Assembly (NCBI GenBank): GCA_023205875.1
Contig: CP060757.1
Span: forward strand, 248,001-312,000
Source of the DNA: Chloropicon primus
Taxonomy: Eukaryota
Direction: 5' to 3'
Length of the DNA stretch: 64,000 nucleotides
The notes under the pieces were generated by a model. The model saw only the letters and a list, made by a program, of their open reading frames with translations. It had not been told where the DNA came from and searched no databases. Made by a program: the position numbers and the translations under genes. Below, one piece after another: positions 10,445 to 20,895 of this stretch; the first letter of the stretch is position 1, and each line of letters begins with the position of its first letter.

Positions 10445-12373
10445 TTACGATCCTTCTTCTTCCACAACTTCCCCTGCCTCCTCCTCTTCCACAACTTCCC
10501 CTGCCTCCTCCTCTTCCACAACTTCCCCTGCCTCCTCCTCTTCCACGACTTCTCCTTCCTCCTCCTCTTCCACAACTTCTCCTTCCTCCTCCTCCTCCTC
10601 CTGGGCTTGCTCTCCACCACTGTCCTTCATTTCGACCTCGTTCGTCGTCGGGACTTCTTCTTCTTCTTCTTCTTGGGCCTTGTCCTCGGGGACCTTTTCC
10701 TTCACCGGAATCTTTTCCCTCAACTCTGGAAAAACTTCGGGAAGCAAGTGCTCGAGATCCTTGTCACAGTGGTTGGTGAAGCCCTTGCTCGTGCCCTGCG
10801 AGAGCAGGCGCTTCATCCTCCAGCAGTACAGCTTGTCGCACATAAGCTTATCGGCCTCTTCCACGCCGCTGTCCTCCTGCGCCTGATCTACGATCCTCTG
10901 CACCAGGTCCCTCATCCTTGGCACCTTTTCCTGATCCTCGAAGTCGAGGCACTCGTAGTTATCGCTGGAGATGTTCCACAGCCTGTCCAGCGCCTCGTTA
11001 CCGAGCTGTACTTTGTTTTTGCTGAACCCCATCATGCTCGCCCTCTTCCTCTTCGCAGGAGCAGGCTTGGCAACTGGCTTTGACTCGTGGGGATCCTTGA
11101 ACATCTGGAGGTCGCCAGGCAGCGCGGCCTTCTCAAAGGGGGGGCACTTGACTACTTTGGTGACCTCGCCGTTCGCCGGCTTGTCCTCCGCAGGGGGGGA
11201 CGCCCTGACCTGCTCTTTCCGGCCTACTTTCTTCCACAAAATCCAGTGCTTCTCCCTCTGAATGAAGGTCTTCAGGAGGTCGACGGTGACTCCGGGCGTG
11301 AATTTCTTCAAGCTCTTGCGCACCATGGCCTCCAGCGTAGGAAGCAGCTCGAGCTGGGTCTGCCTCAGCGCTTTCTCGTCCTTGGTCGTGGGCGGCTTCT
11401 TCACAGGAAGCTCTATCTTCAGGTGATTCAGCACGACTAGGACTTGGAACAGGTACTCGCACTTGAAGGACGAATCGTGCAGCTGCAGCTTCAACAGGTT
11501 CGGAGAGGTGGAGTACTTCAAGGACTGGACGTCATAAGAACTCGCCGACAAGTCTTGCTTTTCCATCTTTTGCTTCATGGACGTTTTGTCAAATGCCTGC
11601 ACGACCCTCTTCAGACCGGCGTGAAACTCGCTCCAGTGCCTCCCTTCGAGAACAAGGGGAGGATTGCTGAGCAGACCTTGAACCCTCCACAGGCTGTTAT
11701 ACAAATCAGCATCCACCAGCCTGCCGCTCTCATCCGTACACCCCTCCTCCAGCTCCACGAAGTCCGTCTTATTGTCCACGTCAAAGCCTCCTACCAAGTT
11801 CACTCCACTCCTTTCTGAGAGGGGCAGGAGCTTGGCCACAAGAATGAGCAAACGGCCGCACAGCAAGGAGTTGTCCTCTCGCGACAGGCGCTTGAGAAGC
11901 TTGTTGCACGTCTTCAGGAGGTAAAGCCTGTTCTTGCTCACCGCGAGGACGCTCGGCTGCTTCGTTTCTATGTATTGAAAGAGCTTCTCGCACAAGGTGA
12001 GGCTCGCCTCCTCCGCCAGGTCCTCCAGCAAAAGCATGAAGGCGTTCAACGCAACTTTCTCTCTATCAAGAAGCCACAGCGTGGAGTCCAGGAGGACGCT
12101 GACCCTCTTCCAGCACTCCTCATCCCTTCCCTCGCCCTCCGCCCCCTCCTTGCTCGACAGGTACTCGCACAAGATCGTTCGAAGGGAAGTCTCCAATACC
12201 TTGGCACAACTCAGTTGCCTCTCCGTCGCTTGCTCTTCGGCGAGCGCCACGACCCTCTCGAGGACGTCACTCCTCGAGTCCGCCTCCACGATGCCTTCCC
12301 CTTGGCCGCATCCCTTCCCCTTGGCCGACGGAAGAGAGTCAAGCACCTCCTTCACTTTGCGCGCCAACTCCAT
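10445..12373 (-). CDS. THOC1: THO complex subunit 1 (Hpr1); start may extend to 12442
   Basis: LLKTCNKLLKRLSREDNSLLCGRLLILVAKLLPLSERSGVNL, REKHWILWKK and LGNEALDRLW. Confidence 0.93.
   Translation of the reverse strand: MELARKVKEVLDSLPSAKGKGCGQGEGIVEADSRSDVLERVVALAEEQATERQLSCAKVLETSLRTILCEYLSSKEGAEGEGRDEECWKRVSVLLDSTLWLLDREKVALNAFMLLLEDLAEEASLTLCEKLFQYIETKQPSVLAVSKNRLYLLKTCNKLLKRLSREDNSLLCGRLLILVAKLLPLSERSGVNLVGGFDVDNKTDFVELEEGCTDESGRLVDADLYNSLWRVQGLLSNPPLVLEGRHWSEFHAGLKRVVQAFDKTSMKQKMEKQDLSASSYDVQSLKYSTSPNLLKLQLHDSSFKCEYLFQVLVVLNHLKIELPVKKPPTTKDEKALRQTQLELLPTLEAMVRKSLKKFTPGVTVDLLKTFIQREKHWILWKKVGRKEQVRASPPAEDKPANGEVTKVVKCPPFEKAALPGDLQMFKDPHESKPVAKPAPAKRKRASMMGFSKNKVQLGNEALDRLWNISSDNYECLDFEDQEKVPRMRDLVQRIVDQAQEDSGVEEADKLMCDKLYCWRMKRLLSQGTSKGFTNHCDKDLEHLLPEVFPELREKIPVKEKVPEDKAQEEEEEEVPTTNEVEMKDSGGEQAQEEEEEEGEVVEEEEEGEVVEEEEAGEVVEEEEAGEVVEEEEAGEVVEEEGS
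10454..10590. repeat. 27-bp tandem repeat, about 5 copies, encoding GEVVEEEE(A/E) at the THOC1 C-terminus
   Basis: Unit CTTCCACAACTTCCCCTGCCTCCTCCT repeated with few substitutions. Confidence 0.9.
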
Positions 12374-12817
12374 CGCAGCAGCGAGGAGCCAAGCCACCAA
12401 GAATTGTGGCGGGCTGGCGCTCTTGGCCATCCTCCTCATCACCGACCGGTGCTCGAGAGCAGGAAGGAAGGAGAGGGAAGAAGGAAGGGAGATGGATGCA
12501 GGATGTATAGGTATTGCTCTTCGTTTTGCCGCTCTATCAAAGCGGATGCATCATTAGGAAGACCGATGATGGGCTTGGGCCAAGGTTTACCTGGCTGGCT
12601 CTCTCTGACAGAAGTGACCGGTGGCAGGTGGCAGGTGCTGTCGAGAGCAGGAAGAAAGGAGAAGTGTAAAGCGAGTTTTGAATACAATTGTTTGTTGTTA
12701 CTAATCTTTACTGCTTTGTTGCAGCTGATACAAGTGAAAGTGCGTCGGGTGCTTTGCCTACAAGGTGATCGTCTGTGGGCCCTCGGCGTCGGAGCGGCGT
12801 ACGTCGTCATCGTTCCC

Positions 12818-13635
12818 CTAACTTACAGAGCGAGCCTGGTTCGATTTAGGCACAAAGTAAGGTCTGTTGTTCCTGATAAAGGCCAGGGAAGTCTTGAACG
12901 CGGAGTGAATCTGCTTATCCCCCGGAGTGTACTCCAAGGCGGCCAGGTAGCACCGACTCGCGGCCGTGTGGCACCTCCTGGTGTTGTGCTCTCTCGCGAG
13001 GTCGACGCAATAATCGCTTGGAGAGTAGCAAGTTCTGAAACGGAGAGAGTTGCATGCACGCGCGCGCGTGTGTGTGAGTGCATTGGCACAAACCAAAAGG
13101 TGGTTTTCGACAGCAGGGGTTGCTTTTGAGCATATTTTGTCCGCTCTGCTGGCCTATCACTTTACCTTTCCAGTTGCTTTTTCCTCTCCGACCCAGGCAC
13201 CTCCCTCGCCCACTTTGGCAGCCGAAACTTGCTGTTGCTTGACCTGCTCTGACGGCTTTGCCTGCTCGAGACTCTCTTCGTCTTCCGCGCGCCGAGCGTC
13301 GACGACGAGGTGGATAAGGCAACAGTCAGCAGCCACCAGCAGCAGTGCAAGAAAGAACAAGTCGAGGACAACGAACGAGAGCGTATTGGGGACAAGTATT
13401 GTTGGGAGAAAAAGATGCAGCGGGATCACATCACTCGACGGAGTGAACCTACCTCGTCCTGGAAAGTCACGCTCTTCTTGGGCTTCTGACCCAACGTTTT
13501 CTTCCTGAGAGACGAGGAGGAGTAGGTTGTCGTGAACCGCTCCAAGTCTCTCTCTTTCTCCATTGATTCCATGTAACTCGAAAGAGAAGGGTTGATCCTT
13601 CTTGAGAACCGAGCTTCGAAGTCCCTTTCCTTCAT
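12818..13635 (-). CDS. Hypothetical three-exon protein with a C-terminal TPR-like helix pair
   Basis: MKERDFE..VTFQDE|GTAGGT..CTGAC..AAG|TKRVSS..KKQLE AG|GTAAAG..TTTCAG|A TCYSPSDYC..CYLAALEYTPGDKQI. Intron phases are consistent. Further exons are possible. Confidence 0.55.
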
Positions 13636-15175
13636 CTTCTCCACAATCCTGCAACCACCAAAGGACGTTTTCTCTTCGTTCTGGTCCCTCCCTACCGGGG
13701 TCAAGTCAACCCCACGAGTGAGACAAAGGCGGCACCTTTTAGCAAAACGCAAAAGTGTTCGAGGAGTCAAGCGAAACCCTTCGCCCCGGTCGCTTCTGAC
13801 GACCAAGACAAGCCTGGCGGATAAACTCTTCCAGACACTGCACAAGCCAGCAGCAGACTTTCCAGCACCTCACACTCGTTTCTCCACCCAAACGTTGTTG
13901 TTGGTGTCGTTGGAAAGAGCTTGAGACGCAGTGTGTCCCAGTCACACACACACAGACACACACACTCTCTCTCTCTCTCCCCCTTGGTTGACGTTCCTAC
14001 CTTCTCCCCCGAACGCGCGAGCTCCTTGTTCTTTGCCTTTACGTGGTGTCCGTTGAATTTCCTTCGTTCCCCTAAAAGGCGCACGTGATCGTAAATAATT
14101 AATAATTTGAACTTTGAGACAGTCAGAGAGACAAGGAGACGAAGGGACGAGGACAAGGCAGACCTGGCGCGTCTTTGTTCTCTCCTGCTGATCCCTGGTT
14201 TCATCGGTTTCGCCGTTCGTTCCTCGTTCATGGTTCTTTCCCCTGTTTGCTTCCTTTTGTGCAGTGCTGCTGTTGTCCCTCCCTCGTGCTTTCTTCTTGT
14301 GTGTTGAACATTTTTGGTCCTTCCTCGCTGCTTCCTGACTCCTGGTTCGTGGTCTTGGTCCCAAGGCTGGTCCTTCCTCCTCACCCTTCTCCTTCCTGGC
14401 TCATGGGTCCTGCTGCTGCTGGCTGGTCCCTCCCTCCCTCCTCCTCACCCTTCTTCCGTCTTCCATGGTCCAGGGCGCCTGGTCTTGGTGTTGTGGTGCC
14501 CTTCCTCGCTATCCACTGGCCAGCATGGTGCGGGTCCTGACCATACTCTGTTCATGTTCTGACCTTGCTCTGTTCATGCTCTGTCCCTTCTCCTCCTCCT
14601 CTCTTCCTCCTCCAGAAGATTATCTTGAATTTTCCTTTCACCATTCATAAGGCCAGGACACGTTGGCATCGTTGGCATCATCACATCACACATCACCTTG
14701 AAGTGGGCAGCAACACGAAAGGGACAGACTTGACGTGAGGACGGCGATTCATTTCGTTTCGTTTGCCATTCCATTGATCTTTCACATCCACATCCATCCC
14801 TTCCCATCCAGCCTTCCTCTCTCTCCTCCTTTGCTTTGCCCTTCATCAAGCAGGAGGAGCTTAGGATGGACAGAGAGGGAACCAGGTGCAGTGTCGACAG
14901 GGCAGGTGGTGTCAACGTGCTGGCTCTTGTGGCCTGAGCCCTCCAAGGTACTTCGGTGGCTTGTCCCGATTCCCAGCACATCAACTCTCGTGAATGTGAC
15001 CATCATCTTGGTCTCCTGGAGGGAATCTGGTGAAGCAGAAAGGATCTGGTGCTCTCTGGAGAGTGTGTGTGCGTGTCCCTGTGTGTGTGCGTGTGTCTGT
15101 GGAGGAGGCTAGGGGGCTGGAGATCTCCTTGAAGTGTCCGTGTGTTCGGGCCCGGGGCGGTAGCACCACTTGACC

Positions 15176-15562
15176 ATGCAAAGCCGAGAGAGGCGCTCGA
15201 AGAGGAGGCAAATCGTGAAGCAGTTGGCGGAGAGGGACCAGAGCGGGGAGGCTTACGGAGTGCCCCGAGGGGTACAGCTGCTCGGCTTGAACTTTTTCCC
15301 GTCGTACCCAAGACGCCTCGCGAAACTTCTCTTAATCGCGGCGTTGGGGCTGGTCATCGCTCTGGGAGGGTGTTTCGGGATCGTCTTCGGGGTCGTCGTC
15401 CTTGAGACGGCGCTGGGCGTGGACATCCCGGACAGAATCCTTGCCAAGGCGATGAGAGGCGCGTTGCTCTCCGTGATTGGGTTGACCGTAACCATCGTGG
15501 GCGTCCTGATCCACGCAAGTGGCTCGACGGAGGACCCCAGGGAGAGGAGACCTCAGGTCTAA
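15176..15562 (+). CDS. Small two-TM membrane protein, hypothetical
   Basis: 128-aa ORF with coding-like codon use and two hydrophobic segments. Convergent with the next gene. Confidence 0.5.
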   Translation: MQSRERRSKRRQIVKQLAERDQSGEAYGVPRGVQLLGLNFFPSYPRRLAKLLLIAALGLVIALGGCFGIVFGVVVLETALGVDIPDRILAKAMRGALLSVIGLTVTIVGVLIHASGSTEDPRERRPQV

Positions 15563-15681
15563 GAGAAGAATTGCTTGCGTTGTGTGTGTGTATCAATAAT
15601 TTGTTTGCTTGTATGTATTTCAATACTTTCTGGACAAAACGCGTGTTATGCGTGAAAATGCAAAGTGAGGGTTGTCCCCCC

Positions 15682-17853
15682 TCAGCCCCTGTTGGCCTGG
15701 TGGGTGTAGAACTTGTACTGGGCGAGCTCGGAATCCATCCACTCCATGTGCTCGATCACCCACTCCCTCAGAGTGGACGCCTCGTGCTCCCACTGATCCT
15801 TCACGCTCCTGAAGGACTTGCTTCCGATCTCCTCCCTCCACCTGTTGTAGTTCCTGATGGCAGCAGGTCGAAGCTTGTTGGTGGCCTCGTCGAGGTTGGC
15901 GTTGACCTGCTCGTTCGACAGGGGCCCGCTCCTGAGCTCCTGCCAGCGGTCGGCGGCCCTCTTCCTGAATGCGGGGTCCTGCCACAGCCTCACGTACCAG
16001 TGAGAGATGCCGTCGACGGGGTCCCTCTTGCACCTTCCGTAATCCTCGCAGATGTTGAACCTCCAGCCGTTGGTGCTGATCGCGCTTCCCCCGCTCTTTC
16101 CGGGGCCACTCTTGCCGCTGGCCATGTACCCCTCGATGGGGTAGCCGCAGCACATGCCAAAGGCCTCGTTGTAGTCCCACATCGGGCCCATCGAGACCTT
16201 GGCATCGCAGTCCTTGTGCATGTAGGTGCTGCCCCTGTAAGCATCGGGGTTCTTGGTGATCTCCGTGCCCAAGAAATAGTCGACGAAGCTGTCGACGTCG
16301 ATGAACTTGGCGTACCCGAGGTTCGGGTCGGCAAACTCCTTGCTCTTCAAGACCCTCTCAAAGCCGTTCAGGTACTCCTCGAGGAAGTCCACCTCCCTCT
16401 GCAGGTCCTTCTTCTCCCCCTTGGGGTAGATCATGACCATCGGCATGGGCTCCTTGGAGTTGAACCTCTTCTTGATCGGGAAGACCACGTCCCCCTTGTC
16501 GATGTTGTCGTTGTCGTGCTTGAAGATGTAACCGCCCGTGATGTCCTTGGTGCTGTTGTGCTTGCACACGTCGACCCTCTTGTCGCTCCTCTTGATCTTC
16601 TCCTCCAGGAGGTAGACCCCGTGGTAGTCCTTCATCGAGAGCCCCCCGGTGCCGGCGCGGCCCCTCAGGTTGCACTCGTCCTGCAAGAACACCTCCACGA
16701 ACTTGGTCCTGCTCGCGTAGTTGCCCATCGACCTGCTGATGTTGTACGCCAGGAAGTTCCTCAGCCCGATGCTCCTGTCGGTCTCCGGCCCGTACATCAC
16801 CCAGTCGTCGTCCTTGGGGAGGCCCAGCAGGGGGAACTCGAGCTTCTGGCTTGTGGCGTTGAAGAGCTTGACGGCCATCCCCTTCTTCGCGTGGTCCCTC
16901 GCGCTCGACGACCCTCGGATCTCCACGCCGGCCCAGCTCGCGTAATCCAAGCCGTCGCTGCAGGTGCAGAACTCCGTCCTTATCTTCGGCTCGTCCCTCA
17001 CCTCCTGGCACTTTGTGTCGATCACGATCACGGGCAGGTTGCTCGAGAAGCCGATCTTCTCGAGCTTGTTGCAGCAGGACTTGGTGACGTCCGCGCCCCT
17101 GGGCAGCTCGGCCCGGAGCTTGTCCACGGAGACGCCCTCGTTGGCATCGCCCCCGGTGGGCTCAGTCCTCTGGAACCCCCCGACGCCGTCCGGAACCCTG
17201 CCGTAGGAGATCCCCTTGAGGGCGTTCTCCTTCCTCCACTCCACGTGGTCCGCGACCTTGCCCTCGGCGTCCTTGAGCGTCACGCTGTCCTTCTCCCCGA
17301 GGCCAAACTCGAACGAGCACTCCTCGCCCCTCCTCAGCAGGAGCACGGACTTGGGGCCGATGCTGGCCGAGCACCCGGGACCCCCGAACGAGAAGGAGGA
17401 GGCGGTCGCATCCGCATCCGCATCCGCATCATCCTTCTTCTTCTTCTTTGGCCTGTCCTCGAGGGTCCAGCCGGCGAGGTCCACCTCCTCGTCCCCCGAG
17501 TTGTACAACTCGATGAAGTCCACCTGACCCTTGGCGCCCCTCGCCAGAACCTCGTTGATGGTCACGCCCGCGGGCGAGGCCCCGAGCAAGGACGACAAAC
17601 TCGCCGTCGCGCTCGCGGTCGCCTCCTCTTTCGGCATGCACTTGCCCCAAAGGCCAGCCCCATCCCTGCACCACTCCTCGCCGTTCCAAGCAACGCAGTC
17701 GTGCTCGAGCTTCCCGTCAAAGTCAATCGGGAAGGCGCACTTCTCCCCGCTCTCCATCACCCTCACCACCGGCTGGGCAAGCCCAAGGCAACTGCAGCAG
17801 CCGAGGGCCAAGAGCGAGAGAGCCCACCACCACCTCGTTCCTCCTCCCATCAT
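15682..17853 (-). CDS. Secreted FN2 - lamin-tail domain - CotH kinase protein
   Basis: Signal peptide MMGGGTRWWWALSLLALGCC..LAQ; FN2-like CAFPIDFDG..C..WC..WGKC; LTD VTINEV..DFIELYNSGDEEVDLAGWTLED; CotH SNLPVIVIDT, IRGSSS..KK, LGLPKDDDWV, LRNFLAY, YHGVYLLEEKI, GPMWDYNEAFG. Confidence 0.85.
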   Translation of the reverse strand: MMGGGTRWWWALSLLALGCCSCLGLAQPVVRVMESGEKCAFPIDFDGKLEHDCVAWNGEEWCRDGAGLWGKCMPKEEATASATASLSSLLGASPAGVTINEVLARGAKGQVDFIELYNSGDEEVDLAGWTLEDRPKKKKKDDADADADATASSFSFGGPGCSASIGPKSVLLLRRGEECSFEFGLGEKDSVTLKDAEGKVADHVEWRKENALKGISYGRVPDGVGGFQRTEPTGGDANEGVSVDKLRAELPRGADVTKSCCNKLEKIGFSSNLPVIVIDTKCQEVRDEPKIRTEFCTCSDGLDYASWAGVEIRGSSSARDHAKKGMAVKLFNATSQKLEFPLLGLPKDDDWVMYGPETDRSIGLRNFLAYNISRSMGNYASRTKFVEVFLQDECNLRGRAGTGGLSMKDYHGVYLLEEKIKRSDKRVDVCKHNSTKDITGGYIFKHDNDNIDKGDVVFPIKKRFNSKEPMPMVMIYPKGEKKDLQREVDFLEEYLNGFERVLKSKEFADPNLGYAKFIDVDSFVDYFLGTEITKNPDAYRGSTYMHKDCDAKVSMGPMWDYNEAFGMCCGYPIEGYMASGKSGPGKSGGSAISTNGWRFNICEDYGRCKRDPVDGISHWYVRLWQDPAFRKRAADRWQELRSGPLSNEQVNANLDEATNKLRPAAIRNYNRWREEIGSKSFRSVKDQWEHEASTLREWVIEHMEWMDSELAQYKFYTHQANRG

Positions 17854-18165
17854 CCTCAGAGAGAGAGCAGAGCAGAGGAGAGCAGAGCGCTTGGAGGTTG
17901 GACAACAACACCGACGAAGAGAGAACAACACCACAGGGGGACGCGGGCGCCCTCCGTCACGCGTTTTCTGAAACACGAGGAGCGAAGCCACCGCGAGCTA
18001 GGCTACCAAAAGGAAAAAAAAAAAACTATGGGGAGTTTCCTAGGAAAAAGCGAAAAGAAAAATAATTTCTCGCCCCCAACCGTTACACTGATCACGAAAC
18101 GTAACGCCCCAAAGAATCGATCGGCGCTGCGAGGACGAGGGCGAGGGCGAGGGCGAGGTTGTGTC

Positions 18166-18956
18166 ATGTTTGGTGGTTGGGAGTCGAGGTCGCGTCCCCC
18201 GTGGAAGGCCAGGACCGAGGTGGTGGACTCCTTCATTCCTGTCTTCGGCAGCGTGCCCACCGCGAGAGCGATGACAACGACAAAAACGACAAAAACGAGG
18301 ACGAGGAGCAGCAGCAGCATCCCACCCTCCAGGTAAGACACAGAAACCAAAACAAAAGAACAAGAACAAGAACATCTCCTCTCTCCCCTGTCCTATGGAC
18401 TGACCTTCTTTGGGTTCGATGGCATGACAAAAGTTCTGGTGGTGCGTTGTGGTTCCTCGCCGCGTTCTCTGCTGTCGTTGCGGCGACGGAGGGGTGTAAG
18501 CTCCTCCTCGGACGGGGCGAGGGGGTGAGGCAGTGGCTCGGGACCTTCCGACGCAAGAACAAGCGTCCTCGTCGTCCCCCTGCAGCAGACGCGGAGAAGA
18601 AGAAGAAGAACATCGTCAACAACAACAACAACAACAACAACAGCAGCAGCAACGACGAGGACGAGGACGAGGTGGTGCAGAGTCTCTCGAGGGAGAACGC
18701 GAGGCTGAGGGAGGAGGTGGAGGTGCTGAGGAGGAGGGAGGAGGTGGCGTCGACGTTCGCCGGGTCCTCGATCTCTCCGGAGGACCTTCTGCAACAAGGG
18801 CTCGCCCAACTTCGGTCGGAAGCCATCGAGGAGTCGCCGGACAAGTCCCCCAGGAAGACTGCGTTCGAGAAGGTCAGGAGCAAGAAGAACGCTCCGCCCG
18901 GGTCGACTTCGCCTCTTAGGGACAAGCTCCTGAAGCTTCAAGGCTCGTCCCCGTAA
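18166..18956 (+). CDS. Hypothetical TM + coiled-coil protein (exons 18166-18332, 18434-18956)
   Basis: A phase-2 intron (GTAAGA..CTGAC..AAAG) joins MFGGWESR.. to SSGGALWFLAAFSAVVAA.. Also a poly-Asn tract and coiled coil LSRENARLREEVEVL. Confidence 0.65.
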
Positions 18957-19052
18957 CGAGGAGGAGGACGAGGGCGACGCGTCGTTCGTCGCATTGCACA
19001 ACAACAACAACAACAACAACAACATCTTTATCGTCGTCGTCCCAGCGCCACG

Positions 19053-20024
19053 ATGACTGCTGCTGCATCACCAGCAACATCGTCACCAGCAATGACGACC
19101 GCTGTGTACGTGGCACACGACTCGGGTGCGGAGTACCTCAGCTGCTGCTGCTGCTCGGCGGTGGACGACTCGGGGGGCTTGAACTCGACGCAAATCTGCG
19201 CCCTCCTGTCCAGCTTCTCTCTGTTCGAGGAGGAGCTTGGCCTGCGAACCAAGGTGTCCCGGTCGGACGGGGGCAAGTGCATTCAATTCGGAAGGAGAAA
19301 GCCGAGGACCGGGCTCCAGTGCTTCGCCGTCCTCAAGGACACCTCGTCCCCCTCCGCAGAGTGGTTCCTGGACCTGGTGGAGAAGCTGGTGGACATGACC
19401 CTGAGTCCCCTATGCCTCGAGGAGTCCAGCGGCGCGAGCTTGAGGACCTTGTCCAAGAAGCACCCCAAGTCGGTGGAGCTTCGGCGTGCGTTGCTGTCCG
19501 CGATGGACCGGCTGCATGGGTGGCGCGAGGAGGCGACGCCCTCCGAACTTGTGTCGTCTTCGCTGGCCGCGACGCTCCGCAACGTGGAGCGCCAGGTCTC
19601 CAGCAGCTTCGCCTACTGCGCCACGGCCTGGGTGCAGGACGGCTACACCGGCCTCGCTTGGACGGACGAGGGGGCGCTCGTGCCAGGGGGAGGCGGAGGT
19701 GACGGGTACAGCCGGAGAACGATCGATGCCTGCGTCGTGACAGCAGCAGCCTCCGGGGAGGGCGGAGAATACTCGGACGACGGCTTGGTGTATTCGGCCC
19801 ACTCCGTTTACCTGGGGGACGAGTTCTTGGAAGAGGGCCAGGATCCCGACGCGGCCCTCTGCAGTTTGCACGTGTTCAAGCCGGCGGCCAAGCTCGGGAC
19901 CGAACTGGCTCTCGCGATGGTCTGCGAGGGGGCGAAAGCTTTCGACGTGAAGAGGAACGTGGAATTCTTGACCTACGTGAAGACCGTCCTCCGCGACCTG
20001 GCCCGAGAGGTCCATAACCAGTGA
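19053..20024 (+). CDS. Tandem longin-domain protein, Fuzzy (CPLANE)-like or MON1/HPS1-related
   Basis: 323-aa intronless ORF. VYVAHDSG..LLSSFSLFEEELGL..WFLDLVEKLVDMTL..ELRRAL and LAATLRNVE..SF..VYLG..LAMVC follow the order of Fuzzy longin-1 and longin-2 motifs as I recall them. Confidence 0.5.
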   Translation: MTAAASPATSSPAMTTAVYVAHDSGAEYLSCCCCSAVDDSGGLNSTQICALLSSFSLFEEELGLRTKVSRSDGGKCIQFGRRKPRTGLQCFAVLKDTSSPSAEWFLDLVEKLVDMTLSPLCLEESSGASLRTLSKKHPKSVELRRALLSAMDRLHGWREEATPSELVSSSLAATLRNVERQVSSSFAYCATAWVQDGYTGLAWTDEGALVPGGGGGDGYSRRTIDACVVTAAASGEGGEYSDDGLVYSAHSVYLGDEFLEEGQDPDAALCSLHVFKPAAKLGTELALAMVCEGAKAFDVKRNVEFLTYVKTVLRDLAREVHNQ

Positions 20025-20101
20025 GCAGCGAGTCTATGAAGAGTGTTATACAGCAGCAGTTACACAATGTGGGTGGGCGACTTGAAACCATCCAAATTCT
20101 C

Positions 20102-20895
20102 TCAAGCGCCTCCCTCCTGGGCTTTCTTCTCCACCAGGGCGTTGATCTCCTCGGGGGTCAGGCCGTCGAACTCGTCCTCGTCCTCGGCTAACTTGGGGAG
20201 CTTGTGAAGCAAGTCGGGCGTGAGGCTGATCGGGCAGAGCAAACACGCGTGTAACAGAGCGTTGGGGTCAGACAACAAGCAAGCAAGGCGCACGCGCGTG
20301 GTTGCCCAACATTCCTATCGAAAAGGGAGCTGGGGGTGGGTGTCGAACTCGTTTCGCTCACTTACTTGTGCTTGGTGTTGGACTTGACGTACTCGTCAAT
20401 CTCCTCCGGCGTCAGACCCTCGAAGGGGTCCTCCAACCCGCCAATGATGCTCTCCCCGCGCAAGACGGCCATCGCTCTCTGCCTCTTCAGCGCCTCCTTC
20501 CTCTCCTCCTCCCTCTTCTCCTCCTCCAAGTCGTCCTCAGTCTTCGTCTTCTTCGTGGCCAGCTGGATGCCGAAGTAAACCATCGCGCCGGAGAAGACGA
20601 TCCAGTAACCCTTCTCGGTCGTCGTCAACCCCTTCTTCCCACCCTCGAGCGCCCTCTTCTCCCAAGGGAACATGAAAGCACTCACCGTTTTGGCCATGTC
20701 CTCCGCTTGCCTTGCACCTTCCAGGTCTTCTTTGGACGTCAGGTACTGCGGCTTCCTTCCCTTGGCAGTCGTCGCCGCATTGGCGTTCTTCCCTCCGCCG
20801 GCCTCGCTCGCGAAACCCCTCCAGTATCGAGACACCGCGCCAGCGGCGCGCCGTAGACAAGTCCCAGACAACGACGACAACGACGACGACGCCAT
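20102..20895 (-). CDS. Hypothetical single-TM protein, probably mitochondrial (exons 20895-20366, 20225-20102)
   Basis: Presequence-like N-terminus (..RYWRGFASE), TM YWIVFSGAMVYFGIQL, phase-2 intron GTAAGT..CTGAC..ATCAG, and a duplicated F(E/D)GLTPEEI motif. TGTAA at 20064-20060. Confidence 0.75.

Noticed and set aside
10454..10590. Regular repeats as a CRISPR-like array
   Set aside because: Head-to-tail coding minisatellite without spacers, in a eukaryotic gene.
15571..18336. 921-aa + strand ORF (and similar long ORFs at 3862-5214, 40293-42026, 52529-54127, 58246-59709)
   Set aside because: Antisense shadows of real genes caused by GC3-biased codon use. No motifs.
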